Positions 20,269 through 31,178 of a stretch of DNA of 64,000 nucleotides are shown here, piece after piece. Position 1 is the stretch's first letter, and the number at the start of each line of letters is the position of its first letter. Source of the DNA: Schizochytrium sp. TIO01 (taxonomy: Eukaryota > Protista > Bigyra: Labyrinthulomycetes). Where the stretch lies: positions 6,914,483 to 6,978,482 of the forward strand of contig SMSO01000032.1 of the NCBI GenBank assembly GCA_004764695.1, read 5' to 3'. Made by a program: the position numbers and the translations under genes. The notes beneath the pieces were generated by a model. It worked only from the letters and a program-made list of their open reading frames with translations, ran no database searches and was not told where the DNA came from.

Positions 20269-23200
20269 TATATATGCTCCACCACTAAAATCCTAGATCT
20301 ACTTTGCCGATGTAGCAGCGCCAAGCTTCGAGCTCTTACTGCACTATCGATATGGACTTATCTTTGCCCAATACAGTTCGTCAAGTTTGCAGACCGTGAC
20401 CTTTGTCTTGTAACCTCCTCGCGCACGTGGAGTGTCTTTGCCTTTGTCTTTTTCTAAATAGCCCAACAATTGATTGGTTCACGGACTTCGATGTTGTAGT
20501 CAGCAACGAAGCAAGACACCAGTCGCCGTCCGTCACACAAAACCCTTCGGTTGCAACTCCGGGCAGCCCGTCTCTCTAGGTGTGGCAGCTCCCACCTCGC
20601 TTGTCCCTCTTCTGCTTGTCGAGGCTCGCGTTTGGAGTTTGCTCGGAGGGCCTTGGAGATCTCGATTTCTTCCCTCAAAGCTCAGTGCTAGAAGTCGTTG
20701 ATTGATACACGTGAGGACGGAGTCAAAGACAATACGCTGGGTTACGGGTACGAGCTACTTTACAGAGGTACGAGCTACTTTGCAGAGCTCATAGCTAGAG
20801 CTGAAGTAAGAGATGTTGTGAAGGCATGGTATATCTGCGCTGTATGCTGAGTTCTTCGAGAGGTCTATAAGAGAGGTTTTGATGAGTGATGAATGATCAG
20901 TCTCTCTGAAGCACGACCCCAGAGCTGAGGAAGGATATTGTTCGATTTTACTTGGAAAACCAATCGCAAAGAAGGCCTATGTGCCGACATAGGCAGGTTC
21001 TTCAGGGCTGACCGACTCAACGTGCGAAGTTTAGTTACGTCTCGTGGAGATATTAATAGGCATTCTGCAAGCATGACCGTTCGCAAATTAGTAGCTCATA
21101 ATCTCAATTTTCCGTGGGTCCTACCGAGTGAGAAAAAGGAGGGAGGAGTCCAGAGCCGAGGTCAGGTGCACAGCATGTGATCTCGATGCACTCTTTAAGT
21201 CAGTCAGAGGTATTTTCTTCACAGTTGTACACCATCCTCTTCAAACAAAAAATCAAAAACACCTTTTCCCATTCGCAACAACTAGCTCAGAGGCGTAGCC
21301 CGTACGCGACGATGGAGTTTACATTTGCACAAGAATGGGCACTCCTGATTATTTCAGAGAACATGTTGGACGAGGGAGATTCGAACAAATATGAATTATT
21401 AGGTTCAACGTCACTTCCGTGCAAGAGCCCTGCTGACTAAATAAAAGGAGGTCGGGTGCCGAGCCGGCTTGAACGGAGGCGCCTGCGAGCAGGTTCCGGT
21501 ACTGCTTTGCCCGTGCCAGCATCGTACTAACATACACGATTGCGGAATCTACCTACCTCACGTCATAGCTGAAGAGCGTGGCGCCATGTGGGCATCTGAG
21601 GAGTCCATGAACCCACACCTTTGCCCTTTTGAAGATTCAATCCTCGCTCGAAGATACGCGAAAACTGAGAGCCTTGCTCAGTGACGCGCTGATGTTGGCT
21701 TGCCAATACTGGCCTAGGCCAGAGATCGAAGCTCGACTCGTCCAGCGAATGAATTGCCATCTTTCCTTCTTTGAGATGCAGCAGACCTGTAACCAACTTC
21801 AGATCTCCATTGCGCTTTTCTTTTCTTTTCTTCTCTTCTAATTAATGAATAACTCATGTACCCCCCGACCCTGGCGACGAACCCTGTTCTTTCAGCAGGC
21901 CGCATATAAAATCATGGAGCAAGATCTTCTCCACATTTGAAGTCGTTTGCTGATGCAAGGTGTCAACCCCGCCAAGATTCCATTCTAACGCTTTCGGCCA
22001 TAACTGACGATTCCAACTAACTACCAAGGAGTTACCATCTCCGGGACCATCGATGAGAGAGTAATCTCACACAAATTTGCGAATGGATACATGAATGACC
22101 TTGTGGATTGTATGTAAGCGCTAACTCGATGTACAGAATCTTCTCTTGCGCGTCTTGGTCGTCGAGGAGCCAATCTTCATTAGTCTGTCGCATCTTAGTG
22201 CATCCCTTACCGGACTCATTCTCGACCACATTACACACAATTACCCCTAACCCTAGGTCCTGTATATTTATATCTAGGAATCTAGCCGGCAGAGATGTGC
22301 GTAGTACCGGACCGTGTGCATGTGGAGGACCCGGGGCATACCACGGGTAATGCGCTTTACATGACTCCTATTCCCGTAGTCCTTTTTGCCCCATTCTATG
22401 ACGGTCTGCAAACCGTGATGTGCACTGCATATCCGCATGGTCTGCCCTCGCAACGACTCCGCCGCAGAACCCGAACTCCTCGAGCAGGCAGGAATTGTGC
22501 CAACGTAGAGGCAGCCCGCCGCTTCAGAGGCAGTGCGTGAGGAGTGAGCATTGAAGTAAGTGCAGGTACCTGTGGACCCACCTACCTATCTCGGCAGCTC
22601 CTGGTTCCCAGAACCAAGGCTCTGCTTCCTCCTTTCGAGGCTCTCCTTCATCTATACGTGCTACATCTCTGTCATCTCTCTCGAGTTGGCCATCCCCGTG
22701 TCCACCACGCAGATAGCTGCCATCAAAGCGGAACATTCCACACGCAAACGAAACACGAGAGAGCAAACACCGCCAACGGACCAATTGAGCTTCGTCAGAG
22801 CGCGAAGTACATAGCAATCCCTCAATAACCATCGTTCCGGCGAACCCAATCTCGGGAGGATTGTTTTTATACATCTCTTGTAGCGACACTGCTGAAGGCC
22901 GTGTTAGAAGAGGATCTCGACAGCGTTGCCTGTGCCACGATCGTCCATTCATTCGTGATTTCCATCAAAGGCAGTTTCCTGTGACGTCGTTGCTCGTTCA
23001 TTCGTATCATCCATCGCTCCTTCACGAAGGCGTGCACTGCAAGAAGCACAAACGCCTCGGGTTCGTGTGCTCGTCGATTCGAGTTCTCGAGGGAGCAGGC
23101 AGAGTACATCGTGAACGTGCGTGTTCTTCAATTCGGCGCCCGAGGCGATCGACCCCTTCGTTTGATCGGTGGACGAGTTGATTGATTTCTTCAGCCATTT

Positions 23201-24475
23201 CATTTCCTGCTCCATTCTTCGCCTTCTTTCCAGTTAGTTGTTGACCATTGTGCATATTTAGTTCCACACCCTCCAGGACCCTCGGGACCGGGCCGAGACT
23301 CGTCCTTGCTTTCTGCACCATTTGCTTTCCTGCCAGTGCCCAACCCATCCTCACAAGCTCAGGCAGGCCAGGCCAGGCCAGGCCAGGCCTCGTCGAGCGA
23401 GCGAGTCGCTTCTGTAGTCGGCTTAGGCCTCTTTCTTCGAACCCGAGCGCCCTGAATTGGCCTCCATCTTCTTCACTTTCTTCTATTCCGCTATCGTGGT
23501 TTGTTGGTTTGAGCCCTCTGAGGCTGCTTGCTACTCAGTGAGTGAGTAGTCAGTTAGCTAGCTAGCTAGCTAGTTACGAGGAGTTCTGCTTCCTTCCTGC
23601 TTTGAACTTGGCTATTGGGTCGATAGAATTCATTCATTCACTCATTCATTCTTTCAAAGAACTCTTCGGTTTGGCTGATCGAAGTAAAGAAAGAGGTTCT
23701 GGAGGTTTCGCATTATTGGTGCACTTCGATTCGTTTTTTACAGCCTAGGTGCACCTGCTCCGAAGCGGTAGCAGACCTCCAGCTCGTTGCTCTTTGAGCA
23801 GGTGTTTTCTTGTCTCAATTGTTGATTTGTCTGTTGATTTGTTTGCCTGTCAGTTAGTTAGTTAGTTTGTTGGTTGGTTAGTTAGTTATTAGTTAGTTGG
23901 CTGGTCTGTAGGTGGTAGCGTGCACCATCGCATCATAGGACATCATCATCATAAGACGGGAGCACGGACCGGGGAGGGAACCGGTGCGGAACGTCGAGCA
24001 AAGGAAAGAAAGAAAGAAAGAAATTGGGAGGGAAGAAATAGGCGCGCTACCTAGTCAATTGGCAAACAAACAAGAAACAGGTGAAAGCGGACCCGCCGCA
24101 GCCTCCTCTCGCGAGGCACCGCTCGCCGACCTGCTTGTGCGCAGGTGGGCGGGCTTTGCGAGTATCAAATACGCTCAGGGGCGCACGTCGCCGCCGGCCG
24201 AATCGACCGCTCGACGGATCGATTGAGTGATTAGCTTGCTGACTGTTGTTTTATTGGGGCCTTTGGAGGAAAGGCTTTCGGCCGCCACAGACGCGGCCGG
24301 AGAACCTGTGGGTCTTTGGAAATCGCTCTGTGAAGCGAGAGCAGAAGATCTGGGTAAACCCCTTTTAAGTTAATCAATCCCTTGTGATAACTATCGCTTT
24401 CATTTTATAGGAGCGGAATTGGTACGAACTGGGATCGCAGGAATAAGGTGACACCAGCTAACATCATCACTCATT

Positions 24476-25018
24476 ATGTGTAAAGCGGAGGTCTACAAGG
24501 CAGAGGTACTGGAGACCTTGCCAGGATTCGAATTGCGCCACAAACAGAAGAAGGGGCCGATTAAAATGGTGGAGAATATCAACAGTAGCTCGACCAGAAC
24601 CAGGGAATCCACCTCGAATTTGGCGATGAGCTCAGCAAAGTCAGCAATCTCGCTGCTTTGCAGGGGTCGTGCTTCTGCTGGTCGCATGCGAAAACGCCAA
24701 CGCTACTCAGCAGCCCATTTTGGACTGCTGCCGACAATTCCGGAGAATTCACAGATTAGCTTCACGTGGGAAGCTGCGCAGGCTTGGACTACGGTCTCCT
24801 CTCTTGTTGCATGCACTCGCAAGAGCAAACGAAGCCGCCGTAAATCTACGAGCAAACGCGAGCTAGCTGTGCAGCTTGCAAAAGCACGCACTTATATCAG
24901 TAAACTTCGGAGCGATAGTGATGATGAAGACGAACATTGGGGCCTGTACGAGGTTGTTTTCAGTGCCGTTTTCATACTTGTCATATTGCTTGCGTTTCTG
25001 CTGTCCTCCACACCATAG
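24476..25018 (+). CDS. Small basic hypothetical protein with C-terminal transmembrane helix (tail-anchored)
   Basis: 180-aa ORF ending in VVFSAVFILVILLAFLL; true start may be a downstream ATG. Confidence 0.55.
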   Translation: MCKAEVYKAEVLETLPGFELRHKQKKGPIKMVENINSSSTRTRESTSNLAMSSAKSAISLLCRGRASAGRMRKRQRYSAAHFGLLPTIPENSQISFTWEAAQAWTTVSSLVACTRKSKRSRRKSTSKRELAVQLAKARTYISKLRSDSDDEDEHWGLYEVVFSAVFILVILLAFLLSSTP

Positions 25019-25749
25019 TTTATGTTCAAATCTGCTCTCACTATCATATATGTATCCCACCCGAACCAACATTAGCCGGTAGCGCTTAATTCTGTACACA
25101 TGCACTTTTCAACCAACCTGCACTTCGTCGCTTTGCAAGTGTCTCGTCATTTTATCTATTCTCCCTACTTCTCTGATCATGTTCGTTGAATATGATTCTT
25201 TCCTTTTGATAGAGCAGCTTTTGACGTTCGTCCTCCTATATTAAGTTGTTTTTACCTTCCTGGAACAGTTTCTAAAAAGGACTTATTTTCTTTCTCTGTT
25301 GTATGTCTATTTGTTATGGTCTGCGAAAGTAAAACCTTGACAAAGTAGAACACCGTGAATTGCAAACTACTTTTGAAACAGTATCAATATCTCCGACCAT
25401 AATTTTGTAAACATTTCCTCTTCTTTCTTAATTTTTCACAACACTTTTCATCTTTTTATATTAAGCTGAATATCAGCATATCCCTTTTTCTTCTTGCTCT
25501 GCGCTGTTAAAAGACGGAAATGAATTTCTCTGCCATTGTATTTCCGACTTCAAATAGCGGTGCTATATTTTTCTTGCGCAGGAAAAAGTCTACAAAGAAA
25601 TTATGGATGTTGGGAATTGTCCACACCATACTAACGGTCGGTAGAATCATATGCCTTTTTCAGTAATATCGTTGCAATGGAAATCTGGGTTTATCACAAG
25701 AAGAAAAATGTTTCCTTATTATATTATATAATGATTGCGACTAAGTCAC

Positions 25750-27138
25750 TTACAAGAGCTCAGCGATTTCCTCGGTACGGGAGAGCAACTCCTTACGGGC
25801 CTCATCGGTGAGATGTCCCTTAGGGCCGAGGTAGGCGTCAAAGACGGCCCAAGAGAAGGACTCGGATTTAAGGGTGATGCGCTTGTCACCATTAATGAGG
25901 ACATCGACAAAACCGTGGGGAAGACGAACAAACTCAAGGGTGTCGCCCTTGTGCCAGTCCTGGCGGCCAACAAGCTGTGTCAGCTTGCGGAGAGCGTCCT
26001 TGCCCGGTCCCTTTTTGTTCTCCTGTGCTGTGCGAATACGGCCAAGAAGGGTGCGATCGAATCCATGGGCGATGTGGTCACCATTCTGGTCACGAAGCAT
26101 CACAAGGCGGAGGGCAATACTCGGGTAAGCCGTCCTGTTAACCCCCAAGAGAATATCATCAATAATGAGGTACCATCACAAGCAAGCATCCATGCCAACA
26201 TATACGTTAGTTAGCTAGTCAGTTAGTCATCTCATATTCTGCGGCCATATCCCCATCACTGAAGGTGCACTGATTCCTCGGCATTGATATAATTCAAACC
26301 TAATATCACAAGAGGAAAAAATCAAACTTCCATATCTAAGTCTGAGCTCTGCAATCCTATTCCCACAGATTTCTTTCCAATATTTCGAAGGCAAGCACAT
26401 GTGCTCTCTTGAAACTTACTCTCTAGATTCCTTTACTGCGAAGACCGCTCGCGACATGGTGTCCTTGTGGTAACCCAGTCCTCCATTTTGGGCGTCCATC
26501 TTGAAAACATATCCCTTTTTGGCGCCGTCGAACTTAGTTGCAGCAATAAAGTCGGGCAAATCATCCATCTCGTAGTCACCAGCGTGAGCCTCGTCTACGC
26601 AGGGGGCTGTAGGAAGGAGCTTTTCGCGCACAGCATCCATGTCTTCGGCCTTCTTGCAGGCCTCTGCAGCCTCAGTGGAGAAGTAGATGGCGTAGCTGTA
26701 GGCTCTGGCGCGCTCAAATGAGCACAGACCCAACATGCAGCGTACGGTGCGAGCGACAAGCCAGTGGGTGGATCCATAACCAGCATAGTCTTGAAGCGTG
26801 AGCGGGAACTTGGTCTCGGTGACGGGCTCGATGACGGTCATGAGCGAGTCAGACGGCGAGGTTGAAGTCGAAGAGGCCTCACAGCGGGGGCGGGTGAACT
26901 CGAAAAAGGAGACAATCGAGAGAAGGCCACCGGTGATTCCGAAGGCAAAGACAGCTACGAGCACCTTGGGCTGGCGCTCTACGCTGCTCCGCTGGAACTT
27001 GCCAGTCTCGGGCTTGGCAGCCTTGCGGCGAGCCTCGGCGTGCATGAGACGTGCCATGGACGGACGCCGAGCAGCCACAGACACCAGCGAGCTGGCAGGA
27101 CGCCCAAACGGCATAGGGCGAAAGAGTTGACGCAACAT
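25750..27138 (-). CDS. Chalcone-isomerase-fold (FAP/Aim18/Aim46-like) protein, probably mitochondrial; 2 exons (27138-26420, 26134-25750)
   Basis: Intron 26419-26135 (GTAAGT...CTAAC...AACAG, phase 2) joins the two ORFs in frame (..ESRE|TAYPSIALRLVM); CHI-like motifs VIEPVTETKFP, AYSYAIY, KGDTLEF, AVFDAYLG; Arg-rich N-terminal presequence followed by a TM segment. Confidence 0.75.
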
Positions 27139-28177
27139 CGTGAAGGGAGCAGGCAACAGACGAGCAGCTGGCTCGGGTCGGGCCTAGGAGATTGAAATTT
27201 GCGGGCAAGCCAGATCGAGAAGAAGAAGAACGTCTGCTCGTTCCTAATCTATGTTTTTAGCTAAATAAGAAAAAGCACTTTTTTCTAATTACATTATTAT
27301 TTAATTTTTTATTTTTGTTTTAATTTAAAATAAACAGATAATAGTTATAAGTAAAATAGTGATAGTGTTTACTGTGGCCAAGCCCTACCCATAATATTCT
27401 GTCCCCTTTTCTTTCATTTCTTCAATTCCTTTTCTTTTGCGTTTTGCAAATCAAGGACGTCTTGTCTTAACCTTTTTACAGACGAATTTAGCCAAGTCTG
27501 TCTCGAGCTTGTGCGTCTCTATCTGCGTCTTCCTTGAACGACGGGCCTTTGATACGGTGCTCACATGCCTGGCAAGAGTTGATTCCAGGTTTCCGTACTT
27601 CTCTCGAATTCTTGGTCTCTTTCGTTCTTTTAGAGCAGAAACAAGCGTCGAGTTCAACATCGAGTCGCTCGAGGACAGAGGGACCACGCAGAGTCTTCAA
27701 TATGCGCGAAGCGGCAGTCCCAAAGCGCGTGGGAAGACAAGGTCTCCCGCAATGAAAGACCGAAACAATAGAGGAGACAGCTGAGCATGGACAGCTGCTG
27801 GATTGATTCCTTGATACATTTCAATGCATTTCCATGCATTTCAATGCATTCCAATATCCTCAACTATGGGTATCGAACCCGTTTTCAAGATGAATTAAGC
27901 ACTGCTTGCTAGCTACAGGCTTTTGAGGGTCTCAGCCTTGCCGTTCTGGACCTTTAGCTTCCCCAACGGAAGCCACAGAAGACGAAGCCAAACAGACTGT
28001 ATGCACCAAAGAGACGGCAGACGTTTGACTTCTTCATCGAGACGAAGATTCGAGGACGTTCGTTCTGTGTTTTCTATTCCCTTTCAAAGTTAATTTCTCC
28101 TTTCTGGTCTCCTCCGAGGTCAGTGTGGGAACAAAGGGAATACCTTAATCTCATGTCAAGTCATGTCATGTCACTTA

Positions 28178-29097
28178 GGTACCCCCACATTACGAAACTA
28201 CTGGGTTAGTATTGTATTGGGAAATGAGCCGTTGGAGTCAAGCCACCTGTTTTTGATGTGCTGCTCCATGGTATGGTTGTTGAAAATGTTAATTGGTAAA
28301 TGGGTAAGGGATTAAATGAAGAACCTCTTGCAGCCCTTGTTGCTGCCCAAAGTGAGCGAAACTAGCAACAGAATACAAATAAGAGGGTTCCTGTACGGCA
28401 AAGTGATTAGTGCCTTCTCTCTGAACTGGGTGAGACAGCCGCCTTGCCATTCACTCCAACAAGTAAAGTATTTAGCCAGAGTTATCTCAAGCCGGGCGAC
28501 TTGACACAGAAGCTGGAATTGACTTAGTCTACTTTGCAGCTCAAGAGAAGACCATACTAATCTCATTGAGCAGCATCCCAAGAATAGGATTTATTCCAAA
28601 GACATTTCAACAAAAGTATCTCGTTTGTAAGCTAATCCCCAAACAGATTCCAAACAACGATTCTACAGGAAATCTTTGCAACTAATCAAACGCATAGCCA
28701 AGGTCAGAGTCTCAGGATGGACTCTCGCGAGATGGAGCACCTCTTGCTCACCATGCGCTCACGCATAATCTCTCAGCAGAGTGAAATTCAGAGTCTCGAC
28801 GCCCAAATCAACTCTACCCATGAACACCTTCGCCAGGATGAAGAAAACCTCTCCCACGTTAGATCTCAGCTCCTTCCACTCCGTGACGCCCTTTCGCGGC
28901 TCATTTCACTCGACGTCCCCTCTCGTAGTGTTGCCATGCAGGAGTTCTTGCACCATGGTCTCGATGGCCTCGACGCGCATGTTCTTGTTCTCAGAAATGC
29001 ACTCCTCGATTTAGTCCCTGAGCTATCCTCAAACTCTTCTATACCCCCTTGAATATATTGTGATATTATTGCACCAAATGGACTAAATGGGGGTACC
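28178..29097. mobile_element. Candidate non-autonomous TIR element (920 bp), TA-flanked
   Basis: GGTACCCCCA (28178-28187) and TGGGGGTACC (29088-29097) are perfect inverted repeats, each flanked by TA (13-bp IR including TTA/TAA); no transposase inside. Confidence 0.4.
28717..29052 (+). CDS. Orphan 111-aa helical/coiled-coil ORF inside the candidate TIR element
   Basis: ATG start, heptad-like L/Q/E pattern (IISQQSEIQSLDAQINSTHEHLRQDEENLSHVRSQL). Confidence 0.45.
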   Translation: MDSREMEHLLLTMRSRIISQQSEIQSLDAQINSTHEHLRQDEENLSHVRSQLLPLRDALSRLISLDVPSRSVAMQEFLHHGLDGLDAHVLVLRNALLDLVPELSSNSSIPP

Positions 29098-29566
29098 TAA
29101 TCCACCGCTTGGTTTGCTGCACAGAGGCGCAGAGACTACGAGATACTACGGCTCATATGGTAGCATACCCCTACTGTATGTGCTATACACCTGGCTACCC
29201 CACCCGGATATAGCCAACTATCTACCGAATTGACTAGTAATATGTTAAACATTTTTAATGTGCAAAGCATCGAGCGTACTAGTTGCTAAGGCTAATAAGG
29301 TACTTCAACTGGCCTCGACATATTGATTAAATATGTATGTATACAATGAGAGAATGAATGATTGATTGAGTGAAGTTAGGAATATGAAATATAAAATATT
29401 ATTGAATATTAACTAATATTATTGAATATTGCTAAAAGTCATTGAACATTAATGATTGATCGATTGATTGACTGATTAGTAAGGGAGAAAGAGAAGGCAT
29501 CGACAGGCGCAAGCAAAGGGATAACTGAGAGTCTTCTTCGCTGCACTTCGTCGCGTACCAAGCACC

Positions 29567-30396
29567 ATGCTCGCCCTCGCTTCCACCGCCGCCCGCCGGT
29601 ACGTAACCTACGTCTATAATCACTAACAGCCGCCTCTCTGCTCCCGCCCTTGCGCGCAGGCGTGCAAGGGGGAGGAGACATCCATCGGATCGACTTCGCC
29701 AGACGAACATCACTCAAATAAGCTATAAAAGAATAACATGAGGCCTTCTTTGAGGATAACGAAGAGATGACGCTGGTGCGTCTGGGGTCTCTCGAAAGGC
29801 AGTTGCTTCATCTCATGATCGTATGTTGAGACCACTACGCCTTGCGCAGGAGACACCACGCTCAGCCTTCTCTGGTCCGGGACGCTTGTTGCCGACCTAG
29901 GATATTCTAGAGTTTAAGATAGATGGATGTGTAACGAAGGTCTGTTTTGTTTACTCGCTCAGGATCGATTACTCATGATGTATAATCAATGAATCAAATC
30001 AAGAAAGAGTAAACATGAACATAATTCGAGGAATGCATTTGAGATTGTCTAGTCTGGTCTTTTGAAACATGTCGCCGGAGAGAGAGATTTTGGATAGTTA
30101 TTGTCCTTATTAATTTTGGCTTAATATTTTGTGTGAATGTGGGCGACTAACGTAGTGTTTTTAATGCATTGTAAATTTTGATGATGAACAGGACTGTGCT
30201 CCGCACCAACCAGGCCCGCACCCTTGTGACCGCCTCCAAGCCCGTCCTCGGCGGCCACGAGGAGCACCGTGTGTTCCACCCTCCCTTCAACAAGTTCCTC
30301 GTTGGCGGCGTTGTCTTCGGCCTCACCACCCTCGGCATTGCCATCCCCATCGGCAGCTGCATCTACCAGAACAAGAAGCACGGCTTCACCAACTAA
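29567..30396 (+). CDS. Cytochrome c oxidase subunit 7C (Cox8/COX-X3)-like small mitochondrial membrane protein; 2 exons (29567-29598, 30192-30396)
   Basis: Exon 1 encodes MLALASTAAR; GTACGT donor at 29599, GACTAAC branch ~30145, AG at 30190-30191, in-frame join gives 78 aa; presequence, GGH motif, one TM helix ending GIAIPIGSCIYQNKK; strongly C-ending codons. Confidence 0.7.
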
Positions 30397-31178
30397 GCTC
30401 TTTTGCTGCTCAAGTACATAGGTCCGTAATTCTTGTCTAAGGATTTGCTTGATTGATCCACATGTCTTCGATTCGTGCACTACTTTCCAAGCCTATGCGC
30501 TTGCTTGTTTGTTGACTTGCATGTCCTCATTTCAATAACTCGGAATTGAAACCTCCTCAACCTAATACTAAATCTACTGTCCTTCAGCAGCTATCGTAGA
30601 ATAAATAACCGCGAAATCACTTCCTACTACTACAAGCTGCTCCAAAGATCAGAATAGGGCAAATACGAAATCAAGGTTTCACCGCACCGCACCGCACCCC
30701 GCATTTCTCGGGCTCTAAGGGTCCTACTTATTAACATAGGAAGTACCTAGGAGCAGCTGATCCAGTAACCCTTAGTAGCCACAAATCGCCACTTGAATAT
30801 CAACGACCTAGCATTATCACTACCCAGGCACCTACCTAGTCATGAATGTTCATTAATAAAAGTAATAGTAGTAACTACCACTCCTAAGTACTTAGTTCGT
30901 AGACACAGCTGGAGTGTCTACGGCAGGCTTTGTCCGTTGTGGTCTTAGGAATGATTATGCAATGTGGCACCAAAAAAATTAATATAAATAAAAATCAGCA
31001 CCCATTAATACGTACATATAGACACATAAATATACTGATGGGCAATAGTCTCGAGATGGGAAGGCGTGGGCCTCGTTGGCTATAAACAGGTGCTTTCTTT
31101 CAGCTTAGCTAACTAGTTAGCTAACACGTCGCTGGGTGTTCAGGGACGAGTGAAGTGCAGAACAGCACAACTTCTGCG

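Noticed and set aside
20747-20786. 20-bp tandem duplication (similar small duplications near 51715-51765, 59110-59165 and 27815-27855)
   Set aside because: Adjacent units without spacers; ordinary slippage duplications, not a CRISPR-like array
21300-23350. Coding-like fragments (possible LINE zinc knuckle CV*CGRE, RNase H-like FDGS)
   Set aside because: Motifs are isolated, in different frames and not collinear with any RT motif; cannot be supported
27860-27925. tRNA-like T-loop GGGTTCGATACCC on the minus strand
   Set aside because: No proper acceptor, D or anticodon stems; too short for a cloverleaf
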